A stretch of 53,288 nt of DNA, filler included, from Catajapyx aquilonaris (Eukaryota), in the NCBI GenBank assembly GCA_000934665.2. It is 3 parts of 3 records of this genome, joined end to end, with 100 filler letters (N's around TTAATTAATTAA, not from the genome) between each part and the next. Parts side by side here need not be neighbours in the genome. Positions count along the whole stretch, not along the records: positions 35,570 to 53,288 come from JYFJ02006900.1; 2 more parts are not named here. One strand, written 5' to 3'. The translations under genes were made by a program, and so were the position numbers. The notes under the pieces were generated by a model that worked only from the letters and a program-made list of their open reading frames with translations, did no database searches and was not told where the DNA came from. Shown here piece by piece: positions 35,570-50,500 of this stretch; position 1 is the stretch's first letter, and each line of letters begins with the position of its first letter.

Positions 35570-38500
35570 GAAAGATGAGTACCGTATCTCCAGGAACATT
35601 CGTGCCAAGTGGTATTTTACACATCTCATGACACCAGTCCAAGTACCTCAGAAGCTGAGCCTGGTAGGAAATGTTCAGCATTCATCATGGTTATAATGGA
35701 AGTGAATTAATATACTGTTGGCTTTCATTTCAGAGTGAATTCAAGGAAGAGCTTGAGATAATATCGGTCATTCCTTGTCAGCCTCCCAGTGAATGGGACT
35801 CAGACACTAGTCATTTGTACAAATACCTCATAACTCCAAACACTACTGTTACATTTTTGGCAAGACGATATAGGATTGCTTATTGCTTAGATCTGAGTCC
35901 TTCTGTTTCTTCCGTGGTAAGTGTGACTGTTTAGAAGCTGCATGTGTTGGATTGTAGGGATAGAGTGGCCTAACTTCAGTAGAACATAGTTTGGAGCATT
36001 TAAGTGAGAGATATCTTCTGTATTACAAAGTAAGATTATAGTGATGGCAGATTACTCCTTATTATGTGGTGCAGTAACTAAAGTAATTTAACTTGGATTG
36101 TTTTGACACTGATAGTGCCATTAATAATAGGGCATATTGTGTTTATTTCAGGATATCCAGAGTGGACAGGTCATTTTTGACGAAATTCAGACTGCCCTAG
36201 AGAAGAGTCTGAAAGGTCTCACACGGCCAGTATGTATTTTTTCAATTAAATTGCAGCATGAATTATTCCTGAATCCAAATTAATTGACACATGATTTATT
36301 TTTCAGTTTTACGTTCCTGGGAGCCAGCTACTTTTCCAGCCATGGATATACGTTACGATCTTGGCATATACGCCATTTATTACCCCACAGATAGAGCAAG
36401 TGGTTGTTCATGGTGCTGTTGTTACTCCAACTACTTTGTCCAGTTTTATGGAGGTTGTGTTGCAAAAACTTCGCCACTTGGAGGGGCAAGTGGCTAACCT
36501 CACTGGACTTTATTATGATCACCTGGAGGATTTTAAAGTTAGTGCATTAGAGTATAGATCAGATTGTTTAAAAAAATTGCAAGGCTGCCACTACTTGAAG
36601 TTGGTTATGCCACTAGTGATGAATTCACGTAACACTATTCAAAGCATGTTATAGGGGCTGCAGTTACCTATTGTTGTATGCATGTGAGTAACATTTTGTC
36701 TTTAAAATTTCAGGATGATGCTGAGAAATTAGTTGGTGGTCTTTTTGATGAGAGTGGGGAAGTGTCTCAGTCATCGAAACCACCCACTCCATTTGTCAAT
36801 GCAGATATTGGCTTTATTAATATGTTGCGATATGGCATACTTGCCTTGCAACTTCTTCCTGAGAACAGCAGTGCTGGTAATGGTTGCATTAAAATTTTTT
36901 AAATGTACAGTAGAACCTCGATTATTATTATCCCTCGCCCCCATGGGGCTGGGCATGGTCGGAACACAAAAATGGTCAGATAATCATATAATGCAATTAA
37001 AGCCACAACAAAAAAACAAAAACATTATATTATCATGTTTTTGTTGTGTATAAAGTGCAACAACATGGCTTTCTAAGAAATAGTGAAATAGGCCTATTTA
37101 TCTTTTACATACACACACTACTGTACTGTATTTACAATTTAACTAAAGCAAAAGAAACAAATGCATAGTACGTTACTGTGTTTCATGAGAAAACAAATTT
37201 ATTGTCTGATCGGGACTGTTGGATAAACTGAGGAGTCTGATAATAATCGGGTTTCTACTGTATTAATATATTTGCCTTAAGAACACTAACAGAACAAGTG
37301 ATTCTTATATGCTGTTGATGATTATTGGGAAATGTTTTACTAGTAATTCCCAGACTGCATACATCAATGTTGTAATTAAACTTTTTTTTATTAGGAATCA
37401 TTGTGGTGACTGATGGAGTGATCAGCACACCTGACGTGAACATGTTTGAAACTCTTCTGGCGCAGCTAAGAAACAGCACTGTCTCCTGCTCCTTTCTGCA
37501 GCTAGGAAGCTCATATTATCCCCACAGTTGCAAGAATTTTGTGCCATATGTTGACTTGATGCAATTTATTGCTACTGCCACATTTGGGTCTTACTTGGCC
37601 AACATTCCTGATATTGTGAGTTTACTGGCAATTTTAAGGCAGCTTCACTGCACTGATGTCATGCATTTTGTTCCTTCACATAATATGTCAATAAGTGAAG
37701 TAATTCCTGGGTTTGTATAATTTTAGGATTCTGGGTATGTGTATCCAATGAATGTTTACCACCAATCTTTCTTGGCTTGGAGCTTCCAGAAGGCAATGCA
37801 TACGCCAAAACCTTGGAATGAACAACACCTCATTAAAAATGGTGACTGGTCTGTCAGGTACTGCATTAAATGCCAGTTGCACGGTGTCTGAAGTTAATAT
37901 GCAACATTTGTATGAGTAATAACGTGTGCATTTTATTGGCAGCAATCCAAATTTCTACAATGGATCTGATATGCTAGTCATGAAGCGAAGGCAAAAAGAT
38001 GTGAACCTGCTCACAAGTTTTATGAATGTTTTGTCATGTCGACTCAGAGATGGTTGTACTATAAAGGTAAGGTTTTGATCCTTGGGTGCTGTTAGTGTCA
38101 GGTAATTATATTGAGCAACATTGTTCTGGTCTTCTTCAGGAAGTAGTCTTTCGAAATGATTCCCACTTGGAGGTGACTCTGGTGCTGCCGTTAAGGTACC
38201 TGATTGATATTGAGTACACTGTGACTACTCCATGGCCACCCAATGCTGCTGGAGTCTCGTGCAGTGTGTATGTGAAAGGTAAGCTCTCATATGGTGCTGA
38301 ATGGTAAAATTGAGAGCAAGCATACCCTTTCTTTCCCGTAGCTCTTGTTGCCCCTTCAACCTGACATTTTTATTGGATCTTTGTCCTCCTCCATCCTGCC
38401 ATGATTGCTATTTTGCCTTAGTTTGCAAGGCTGCAAATTAAAGGGAAAATCTCGTACTTATGGACAGGTATTTGTAAAATTCAGTGCATTTCGAGTGAAC

Positions 38501-41500
38501 TGTCTGCTGTGGTCAGTGATTATAGCTGCTTATTATGAAGCCAGAGTGTGACATAACTGAAAAGAAAGGGAGTTTGCCTGCCACAGTTGCATGAGGCATC
38601 ATTTATGCATTGGATTAATATCAGAACTAGTGTATGTGTACACTACATAATATATATTATTTAAATTATCCAGTTGCTTTCTTTTCATTAGAGAAGTTTG
38701 ATTATAAGCATAGTTTTTGCTTTATTGCAGGTCCATATGAATTTTTGCACGATGCTCTGTGTACAGTGAAGAAATTGAAGTCTCTGCATCGCCAAATGGT
38801 GGTCCAACGTTTTTGGGGGATATTGAAGAGTTTGGCCCAGTCTGATCAGCTCCTGGTCCACCTTCACTCATTCTCAAATTCACCTGCATACTACACCATT
38901 CCAGATGGCCTCAGGAATGTTGTGGCCCTCTTTCAGTTGCCTCAAAATTCCATCACTCCAGTGCCACTTTCAAGGTGATAATAATAATTGAGCCCACAAG
39001 TATTTTAAATTGTGAAGTAACACAGTTAGGATTAATAGTATTTAAAACAATAGGCCATGCATATTTCAAGCTTTCTTTTGTAAGTGTGTGTGTGTGAGAA
39101 CATGATTTTGAGGAATTCCTTTAATATAGCAGTAATATTTGACTTGTAAGAAGTTATTTTAAAAAGCTTACCTCTGTTTACTAGGATAATAATGAATTTA
39201 ATTAATATGTTGTAAGTTGAATTGTAAAAATTTGTACTAGATGTGAAAATGTATGACATTTCTTCTTTCAGTGATTTTGTTTCACCTCAGTTTGCAAGTT
39301 TCTGGGAACCAGTTTGCATGCTGGATATGAACATCTGGCAGAAATGGATGCATATCCATAATATTGGTCTCCTGCTAGAACACGATCGTCCCTTGCCAAA
39401 GTATCTGCACCAGATGAGTAGTAGTGGTCGATTCCACTCTGTGCAGTGCAGGCAAGGGGCTCTAGCCCTCTATTCCCAGCTCAAAGACTGGAGTTCCTTC
39501 GTTCTAGTCGAAAATCATTCTTATGTGAAACTTTTATACAAGTAAGTTATGCAAATCTGGAAATATTAAGTTGGTTTCTCTTGCCACTTTTGGCATGTTG
39601 TGAGCATTCTGGTAATTTTACAGCTGTAGATCAATGAACACTCACTTTCAATCTCATTGCATTTTAGTGAAGCAGATAAGCCACCATTTTCGTTCTGCAT
39701 AATACGTGTGACAGCCAAGCCTCCTTCAGTGGTGATTCGACTGGCCTTCCTGGTGGGTACTCCTGGCTATGTAAGGCATGTGGTGAGTTTATCTTGTGTC
39801 TTCTGAAAGAATGTATGGATAATAGAAGAGCTCAGATGTACAATGAGGAAGGCATGCTTTTCAGGAGGTTTGCCAGTTGAAAGACAGGATAGCCAGCCTC
39901 ACAATCACTCAAAGGGTGAATGCTAAGGAGTTACCTGCTTGGAAGAGTTCAAAAGGAAAGGAGGAGGATGGATTTGGAGAGAAATGCCGCTCTCCACTCT
40001 CTAGGACTCGTTCTGAGGTCAATTGCTGCATGTTGTTGCAAAAGCCAGTGGAACTTATTCTTGTCAGGTACGTTGTGACAGATATATGAATGAGAAAATG
40101 TATTTATGGCCAAGGGGACTATGGGAATGGGTGAAACAGTAGGGTCATTCCCACGTGCCACATGGATCATGATCCTTACCCCCGAAAATCGCGATTGGGG
40201 TGTTCCCACATGCCCTTCCTCCACCCAAACGCGTTTACGAAGGTGATTGTGGCAACCAGCTTGAGGAAGTTGGCTGCCAGCTTTCGAGTCGCGATCCTGA
40301 CGTCACTCCCCCCTCCGGACCGGGCAACATGGCGGCTCCCTGCTTGGCCCCGTCTGCCCACGTGTCTGCCCCCTCGCTCTGCGGGCAGCCAGGACCTGTG
40401 TAATAACGTAGATAGCATGCCTCCATGCTATTACAGCCAGGCCTATTGTAGAGTCACCCGTGCCTTTGTCCGGGAGCCGAAGCGAGAGTCATTTTTTCGC
40501 CAGGCGGGTGGGCGTGGTTACAGACCACTCCACCGAAAATCACGAAAAGTACGTGGCCCGTGGAAACAGTCACCAAACGATCCTGATTGTGCGCCTCAGA
40601 AACGTGGTTCAACATCGAGATTTTGTGGCACGTGGGAATGACCCTAGTGTGAAGTCCGGAGAAGTAGGGTCGGGAAGGAGGAGAGGTCTGAATCTGGTGC
40701 TTTGATTATTTTTCACAGTAAACAAGTTTCTTCTGTACCCAGATTCTGATGCCGTTTTGTTTCACTACTTTAAGAGGGTATCATTTATATTTTTGAGATG
40801 AATGTCATATTTGGTTTTTAGGTATGAAAGGACACCACACGACTTTGACACCCTCTCGCTGGCACCAGAAAATTCGTCCTCATTGGGAAATAGCACAAAC
40901 CAGAAAATTAGTAGCGGTGTATTTGCCACCCTTTCTCGTTACCTATATCATAAGAGGTGGATATGGTCTGTTCAGAATTGCACTGCCAGTGCAATAAGTT
41001 TAAGTGCTGTAGCCAGGATACTTTCAACTCTCACAAGGTAAGAAGACTCTCAACAGTCAATGTCATGGGAATTACGTTGCCTTCTTTTCTGTCTTGTAGA
41101 ATGAGGATACAGGAAGGCTTCAGTTTTGCATACTCAACATCAGGGATAATTAACATGATCCTCGAAGTGCAAATGAAGGTAAGCAAGTGTCAGATATAAT
41201 CCTACAACAATGTGAAATGCATTCTTAATGGGAAGCATGATGATGATCTAGGGAGGCACTACATTTCCACCTTCATTACATGTCCCATCTTTCTCGCCTT
41301 TCTCGTGGTCCTGGAAATTCTTTAAGCTTACGCATAGGCTTTATGAAGACCTGCCCATTTGAAATTTCAATTCTGATAACAAACATAGTGGACAATTCTC
41401 TATCACTAGACATATTTACTTACAATTAAAATGCGCATAGGCCTAAGTACCATGGTAAATCCTCTTTGGATAGTCTTTAGGAGTTCACTTGAAAAACTCT

Positions 41501-44500
41501 TACTGTCCAAGACATTATTGACTTTTTCTTTCTTTTTGCTGCCTGACTCAACATATTGTATATCCCGGGCCTTTCTGGCCCGAATGGCAGTTGGGCCTTA
41601 AGTAATCTGGTGGTGAGGTCCATTATGGAATGTCTCCTTGGTTGGGGAAAATAAACCATGGGTAGTGTGCCACTGTGCATAATGGGCCAGTGATTGATGA
41701 TATTGTTGAAGGTGTAAGTAATGAAATATGAGCTTGAAATTTTGCTCTTCCAAAAATCTGATTGCAGGTTGGTGAACAAGATGAGCTGCTTCCAGAAGTG
41801 GATGCCTTGGATGGTGTTCATCCATGTGTGGTGCAATATGTACTGTTTCCACCCCACACAAGTGCAACAAGCATACGAGAAAGGTTATTATTAGTTTATT
41901 TTCAGGGTTACAGGGTGGGGGATTGTAAGTGCACATTTATTAAAATAATTTGTTTACTTCAAGCATATCCTTATGCATTTTTGGGGGGAGAGCAAGGCAT
42001 TGCATGTATGAAAGATGATGATAATGAAGGTCATAATAATTGGATGCCCTCCTGATAGGGGGATCTTCTTGTAATTTATCTGGCTCTTTAATTATTGAGA
42101 TGCTGATGGATGTTTGGGATGAAATGGGAGAACCCCTAGAATATAATGATAGTGAGCTTTGTTATATTTGGTTATCGAATTACTTGCAGTCTTTCTGAAG
42201 ATGACATGGGAGATGAGATGGAAGCCAATGATTCTGATGGAGAAATGGAAATTATCACTGAGTGTTGGATTGAACCACAGCATGGATTTGTGACCAATTC
42301 TCCTAAGGAGAGGGAGTACATGGAGGGTCTTGACTACAAGCAGTTGGCAGAAAAGGTATGCCTGAATTATTATTTTCTTAGGATGACTCAGAACTCCAAA
42401 TCAATCTACTGCCAGGGTACTCATTGACCGAATGCAGGGCTGCAAAATGTTGAAAACCCATTTGGTAACATGTAGATGCTGATAGGCATGTGGTTGCCTC
42501 TCGGGTTGCCCTTTAGACACATGTGGTAGACCACCTTGAACCCTATTCTGGAAGTATACACGCAGAAGACCCTGAAAATATTATGCTCCATGTGTTTTCG
42601 TCATCTTCGCCTCCATTGTTTATGGTTGGTTTGTCGACATGCTTCACCCCACATTTTAGACTTGTATTGGGCCAAAAAACGTATCCTGGCAGGAGATTGA
42701 CCTTCTTCTGGCTCACCCTCTTTATAATTACACAAAGTTGCACAGAGCTGCCCAAAGTTATCTCAACCTCTTGTCCCAATATTTTTTTAGTTATTTGTAA
42801 GTGGTGATATTACATTTGCCGTTACCATTTTTTATGCCTTCCCTTATCAAAATTGCCAACCAGTGTTGTTTTGTAATCAGCATTGCATCAGGGGTTGCAG
42901 CTCTTTTAGTACATTATCAGGTGTGCTAAGGGGAAGTCTTACCTGGGAAAAAGAGAGCTTGTCAAACAATGCCTATCTGATGATAAAGGGCATGGAAGAA
43001 CTTCGGAGTGATATGGGAGGAATGGAAGAGTAAACATCTTATGGCTGCTGGTCAAAATCCCTTCCTGTATTACATTCTATACAATCTCCAAGCACTATAG
43101 TTAAGCTATAATTAAGTTGCATATGACATATGTCAGAATTGCAGGAATGTAGTATTGATTGGCTCACTTATGGAGTACCAATATGCAGTTTAATTATTAT
43201 TATTATCATCAAAGGTTGGATAATGTGGACAAGAAGTGGAAGGTTTAGACAAATGACTAATTAACTGGAAGTGTTAAGTAAATTTGAAATCAGGTTAGTA
43301 AAACTATTATACAAAAACACTCACAGTCCGGTGCATAAGACATTATTATTTGGAGAAACATATTTTAACCAAATCTGTAGGCACACAGCATAATACTGTG
43401 AACAGCACTTCAAGATCTGATTTTCATGTTTCCACATCACAGTTTGGTTGTAAGTGACTTAGGAATTATGTAGCATGATCTTTGGCACAGTTTTTGCTGA
43501 TTTTCAAGTCACTGTCATGGGAGAATATTAGCAAGTCTTGGAGAAAATATATAAAAATAAAGGATGGGTGAGAAATAATGGACTCTCAATTTTTGATGGA
43601 AACCCCCTTGTTATCACTTATTACATGGATGCTTGGTATGGCTTTTTTACACTAGATAATACACTTGTTGTTAATGTCGTCAAATTCAGATGTGCCTGAA
43701 ATCATTAGATTCCTACATGGAATTTGAGATCAGAAACCTCTGGAGCATTATGGACATTGTTTTATGTCGTCATCATGAGACACTTAGTTGAACATAGACT
43801 TTTAAAAGTATGATGGTACATTCTAGTACTTGGCAATACCGAAGCAGTTTGGAGTAGGGGATATGGTGTCCGACTGCTAATCGGGAGGTCCTGGGATCAA
43901 GTCCCAGGCCGGCAACTCTGACCGTGGTTTTCTGTGGTTTCCCACGGTCCTTCCAGGAAAATTCCGGAGTTGTTTCCGTAATTAATAGGCCACAGCCGCT
44001 TCCTTCCATCCCTATCCTATCCCAAAAAGCGCAGTGAAATGAAAGCAAAGAGTTCCAGGCAAAAACAACACTTCCCCCCTAAAGAGCCAATAGGCTGATA
44101 ACAGGGTATGAATTATTATAATAATTATATTATAGTACATGGCAATGGTGGTAATTTTTAGATTAGGGTTGGTTATGTTTATTGGACGAGAAGAGGCCAC
44201 AAGGCATAGTGAGGAAATGACAGTGTGGGGAAGGAAGCATTTACTGTGCATGGCGACTATGTTGAGAAGTATTTGGAGGGTAAGAGGAGTGGGGCAATCC
44301 CAGTTAGTACAGAGAAAACCTGTCAAAATTATTTCCATATGAAAAAATTAATATTTTAGTATTAGATCCTTGAGACATATATCTAGTATAATCTAGGATA
44401 TGACCGGATATGACTATTTGAACATCATTATATTCTCATTTTTCAATTATCCATAGGTGATAATAAGAATGTTCATTCTGAATTATATTTCATGTGCTAG

Positions 44501-47500
44501 TGGGGAGCACACTTACTTAGTACCTATAATCAGTATAATGTTAATGACAGAATTTGATGCATAGTTAAATAATTAGTGGCATTGGTTACAGCATAGCTAG
44601 GAGCAGAAGTCAACCTCTTATCTCCCCCAAATTATTGTTAGTTTATTTACTCAGATAAAAATATTGCACATTTGAGTCTCATGCCAATATGTCCCTCCTT
44701 TTTTGCAACCTTGGATATAAAAAAGTGAATTAATTGCGTAACTCCCAATTTTTCCAACGTGGCAAGTGAGGCTTACACAAGTGAATCAATAGTAAACAAC
44801 AATGAGATATGAGGTGCAAATTTTACAGATAGTGTTAGGGAATTGTCATTTTATCAGTGTGTCACATTAGGAAAGCTTTCGTTTAGATTACCTTTGACTT
44901 CTGTCAGGTGTGGCTGTAGTCTATTGGAGTTATCCTTGAAGAGATATATTTCGTAGCCAACTATATCACAAAATGTCAATTGGAATCCACGTGATGGCCA
45001 AACTCCAAGTGGGATTGCATGGCGTCTCTTTGTCCCGTTATCAGCATTTTTTAAATAACAGATAAGTGCAGTACCTGTTATTTGTACAAGATATCATTCA
45101 GTTAGAATCGAGAAGGAGGTTTTTTTCTCTCTCTCTAAGGCTAAGATTAGACCACACGTTATGTGGTCTGTTACTAGCATGATATCTTATATTTGGCCGT
45201 TATCCTTATATGTGGACACCTGAAATTGTCATGTTTTTCATGTTCGCTTGAGTACATGGAAATATTTTTAAGCATTAGTTTTTGTCAAATGGTGACTAAT
45301 TCATTATTTGGTTTAATTATCTGATTGGAAGGCCCTCACCATTGGATGCATGATTGATTGGGTTTTAAAATTGCACTATACAGTAGAGCAACAAACTTTC
45401 AGCTGCCTGAAAACAACACTAAAATAGTCTTGCGATACTTTTGCTACTTTTGCCGACTCAAGTTAGCTTATGGACAAGTAATTCTAAGTAGGAATACACA
45501 TTTTAAAAAGTTAATGAATGTGGTTATACAAATTAGCTCATCATCATGGCTATTAAAAGTTAAGTGTTCAGTTAAAATTCAGCAACCAAATAGAGTGGTA
45601 GCGGTTCTTTTTAAAATGCTTCCATATGTTTGTGTGATTTATCGTAGTCACATTAGGAGTGGAGTGGTGATAGAATATTTATTCTGTAAGTGATTACAGA
45701 TTTGATTGATGGTATAAATTTGCAGCATAGTTATGTAGAATAGTTTTGTTTTATAGGTAGCGGTATGGAAGTTTAATACATGCACTTGCACACAGAGAAA
45801 TTGAGATTAATTTGTGTATTTTTAGAATTTGAGAGAAGACTGTATCAGTCAATGAGAAGGGTATACTCTGGTTATAAGGGAAAGTCTGGATCCACTTGTT
45901 GCAGAGAGATTGGTTGAGCAGATAAGGTGTGTCATAAGGGCTTCAGTGGGGGATGGAGGGGACTGATTAGAGAGGGTACCCTAGGTGTGAAGAGGAAGTT
46001 ATCCAAAGTTTGTGGTGGGGGGTGTAGAGGTTGGTGTGTAAAAGAGGCTAAAGTAACGGGGGAGGGAGAACTGTTGGGCAGGGTTTTATCTTTGAACTTT
46101 GCCCACTGACAAGAGCTAATATAAGCTGGGGCTCACCCATAAGGCTTCACTTGAGAGGATTCTTCTGGGGCAAATCCACACATCTTGCAAGGCTTTGTGA
46201 CCTGCGGACAGTTTCCTTCAATCAGACAGTCACTTCTGGCTGGCAGCCTGGGAGTTGGAAGTGGGGATCTCGGCAGGGTCTTTACTCTGCATCGACTGCC
46301 AGATCTAACTCTTCCAGCTCACGGGTGCCAGCTAAATCATCTTACATTTTCCGTACATCTGCTCCCTTCTGCCACACCTCATCTGCTCACACCAGTTCAG
46401 GTTTTAGTAATAACAACGATTGGATACCAGGCACTGTGTATTTCACTTAGTCAAATATTTAAGTAACTTGTTGCTCATGTTTAGAGCTGTTGTTTGTTTA
46501 TGCATAGGAAAGCATGTTTTGTGGGCAAGGCCATAGTACTGTTGCATAACTTTTTACATAATTTGTGTTGACTCACACTGTTATTATTTTACTTTGTCGT
46601 TGATTACTGATTAGTATGTTTAGTTAACAGGAAATGTAGTTTATTTAAAGTGTTGGCTTTGCTTATTGTTCAATATATATATTTGGATATTTTATATTTT
46701 TACATGAATGATATTTTTAAAACAATTATAGTCTTATTAGTATTTAAGCCAGTGCTTGAGTGATTTCACCATATGGACATGTATGATAGAAGCCATTGGA
46801 AGAGTGGCATTCGGACTAAGTGGAGAAGTGGTCTCTTCACTTTGACTGAAGTGAGATTCAACTCCTCCAACTTATTTCTGTCACTCCAACCACCAACGCA
46901 TCTGAAGTGATATAGTGCCATAGTTATTGATTGATGAGTAACTGTGCAGTTGTTTAAAGCACTGACTGTGACCTGTCAGCTACATTGTATTAATTTTTAT
47001 GTGAACGGAAATGTGTTCCTATCTTGAAAAGCTTGGCTGTTGCCTGGCCAGAGTTTGCCTTATCAGTTGTGTTAGCCAACCTTTGTTCAGCTGGATAAGC
47101 CAAAGTCAAGCAGGTCGCCTAGCTAACTGTATAAATGTGGCTCAATTTCTCCTCTTCCTTTTCCCCAAACTCCACCCATTGCACACTGAGGGGCTTGGAG
47201 GGATACACGCCCAAGAGTCAATTTCTGATTAGAGACATATGGTGTCAAAATGTTCCCAATTCCTTATATCAATGAAATGTGACCTCCCTTTTTCCACTTT
47301 GGAGTGCCCTAGTTTTCTCCGTATGTCTCAACATTTGATTGTACCTAATATTTCGTTTTTATTTAGTTACAATTCAATTATCTATACAGTAATTTTTCAT
47401 TTACTATTATTTTAAGGGTAATAAAATAAAGTTGCAGTTATAAATCTTATCATTGTTTTCTTTGATTCTTTTTATCCACACTTATTTTTATTTATTTACG

Positions 47501-50500
47501 TTACCCCATTCTAGGGCTGATCCCTTTTAGGGGGACCTTTTTATCCACACTTGTACATTATTTGGTAATTTTGGGCAAGTTTCTGTGCACTTTAGTGTGT
47601 AATAAATGCATTTGTAGTTGCTGAATTATTTTTTATTTTTTTAATGTGTGCTGAAATTGAATCATCTTAGGAGACAGATACCAAGTAAATTTATTGTGAA
47701 TTTTTCAGACAAAATGTGTGCTGAGATATTAATTTTAACAGTATGTTCTGGCTCCAGAACCAGTTGTACACATATTCATCAGGGGACAGCGGAAACTTAA
47801 TTTGAACTTAGCTGCTGGGGAGCATGAGTTATTTATTCACATCCTGTGGTTACACGAGGCAGTTTAATATTTCGCCTTATTTTTCTTCCAGTTTTTCTCT
47901 GTCGACATGGAATGTGTTTCTACAATGGTTACTTTTGAGCATTTAAATTTGATGTGCCAAAATGAGAGAGTGCCTTCTCCCATCTTAGGACAAGGATGTG
48001 ATATTGCCAGGTAATCATTTTCTCCAGTAATGTCTTAACATCCTGTGCTAGGTAATTTGGAAATGTTGAGTCACATGTAAAATATTCAAGTAATCGCTGA
48101 AATTTAAGGCTGACTACTCCGAGCTTCCCTTTCCATAAAAATCCCACCTTCCAGTTGAAGGGCTGTCTGTATCTGAATTCATTACAGAATGCCACACCTA
48201 AAAGTGGAGCGTTGAATCCTCTTCATAATGTGTTGCATCCTATTCCAGATTGTTTTTCAGGAGCTCTTCAAAACTACTAATTCAACTTGAAAAATGTTTA
48301 TTTCAATCATAATCACATACATGCCACAACTTCTGTAACTATTTTTGTTTTTTCTGTTGTAATGCAAATAGTATGATAAGTCACAAGTGACAGTTGCAGT
48401 CACATACATACTACATACATACATCAAAAATAATATTGAAGTATTTTAAAAACTAAAGTTGACATAGGGGAAAAGATATGGTTTCTGAACCACTACAGAT
48501 ATAGGGCATCTAGCCCAAGATTTCAGTGGTAGTGCTGGCAGAAGTTTCCACTATAACCAATAATGGGCTTCAGTCAATCAAGGGGTTGAAAGTTTGAATA
48601 TTAAATATAAGTGCGAGGATATATGTGTAAATTGTTATTTCATGGCATTTTAGAATTCCCTTCATGGCTGTTTATAATGCTAAGTTCAATCTGCACTTTC
48701 ACTGCAGTCTAAGGCTAGGTGCCCCTCCAATACTGTTTGATGTCTATTGTGGGAAAGTTTTGGCAAAAGAGTGGACCATTGAGAAGTACTGAAAGTGAAA
48801 AAGAAAAACTGTACGTACTCGTATATGTATTCAAGATGGTAGGTAACAATAATTCGAATTTCTGAAATATAATGAGAAAATACCACTGAAACTACAAGCA
48901 CTTATCGACTTCGACCCAAAGTTCACAAGGTAAAGGCATGCAGGTACTGTACAAAAGGAAGTCATATTTCAGTAAAAAAAGTGCAACCATCTCATTAAAA
49001 ATGGCAGTTTAATTCGAATGTTGTACAATGTTTGCGAAATTATTATTGGAAATGACTTCTCCCACGAGAAAAAGCAAAAAAGGTCCTCCTCCACAATCTT
49101 CTTCCATGTGTAGGCTACAATCCCAGCCATTCCATAAATGTGTCAAAAATATGATGAACAATGTTAATGAGAAATTATGCAATGTTCCCCTGATGGGTAG
49201 TCAACAATCCATTCCTACAACCCACTCTGAAGGCAATGTGAGACTTGGTAAAATGTTGAGTTGTCATGCCTTGCCTATGATAATTCCGGAAGTACTTTGT
49301 GTAAAATGCATGGCACAGGACAACTCCATGCTTCCCAGAGCTGTACTGTACATAGTTGTATCAAACTTATATTGCCAACAGTAATGTGTAACCTTGTTGC
49401 AGCATTCCCTTGGAGCCAAGTAGTGGAAGTGTTGCACAAGATCATCTTGTATTTCCAAAAATTCCTTTTGCTTTTGACCTGATGAAGGTGTTACCAAAGT
49501 GCCAGCAAGCAGAGCTATTATTTTCTTGCTTCACTCAAGGTAAGAATCAGCTTCTTGATTTTTCTTTTTGGACGTTTCCTTCTAAAGGTATGTGTATGAA
49601 TTCTTTATTTGCAGACTTAGCCTTCAGTCACCCAATGGAGCCAACTTCTCTCACACTTGATGATTTAGATGGTCCAAACAAGCTTTTCTTCGACACGTTT
49701 TATGAAAGTGTGATCAAAATTCATGACAGGGAGGTTTACCTATCATCAAGAGACTGCAAAATGCTTCCTACGTTGATTTCGCAGAGGGACAGATGTGGCA
49801 CACCATGTCCCATCCCATGTCCCAGATCAACTCAGAAAAGTCAATCTAAAGATAGTAAGTGTTTGTCTTGGATAAATTTTATGCGTTACTTTCATCTGAA
49901 TGAACATTGCATAATTACATTTTGGTATAGGGTAAGGTTAATGTGCTGTTTGTATTACCTTGTATGCTCTGTCACCCCTTACAGATTCACCAAAACTTTC
50001 CAGTCAACGAGCTACTTCATCAGAATCCAGTGAAAAGAGTGTACCTCAGTGGCGCTGTTTTGTGAAAGGGGTTAGCCCGACCCACGTCCTCCTCACCTTT
50101 CTTCCAGCTACCTATGCTGACCTCAAGTCCCTGATGCTAACTCTTGAGGTTCTAATGAGATATCCCAACCAATCACGTAGTGTATACTGGGTGCCAGATG
50201 AGCCAGCTCAACAGGAGGAAGGTTCACGAACACCTGGATCAACTGATCCAGGTCCTTCATTAGACTCTTCCCAGCAACTTACCCGCAGCACCTCACTAGA
50301 GACAGCCAGCTCTGCAGGTCAATCTGGTCGGGGACGTGCTTTCTCTGGAAATGCTTGTGACACCACTGTTGGATCATCTGCTTCTCTTCGGAAACCATCA
50401 ATTGACAGTCCAATGCGACTGAGAACTGGTTCGTTGGATGCTGCCATCAGAGAGCGGCCAAATTGCCTGGTGCTCGACAGTGTTGAGCGTAACAGGACTG

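Noticed and set aside
34261..35570. Bidirectional promoter shared by the MYND gene and SZT2
   Set aside because: An artificial linker of unknown true size lies between them, and the SZT2 start is missing.
40162..40641. 159-aa ORF inside the GC-rich MITE
   Set aside because: No transposase motifs; expected by chance in GC-rich sequence.
41238..41376. Intronic ATGATGA...CTGA resembling a C/D box snoRNA
   Set aside because: No terminal stem or recognisable rRNA antisense element; such motifs are common by chance.
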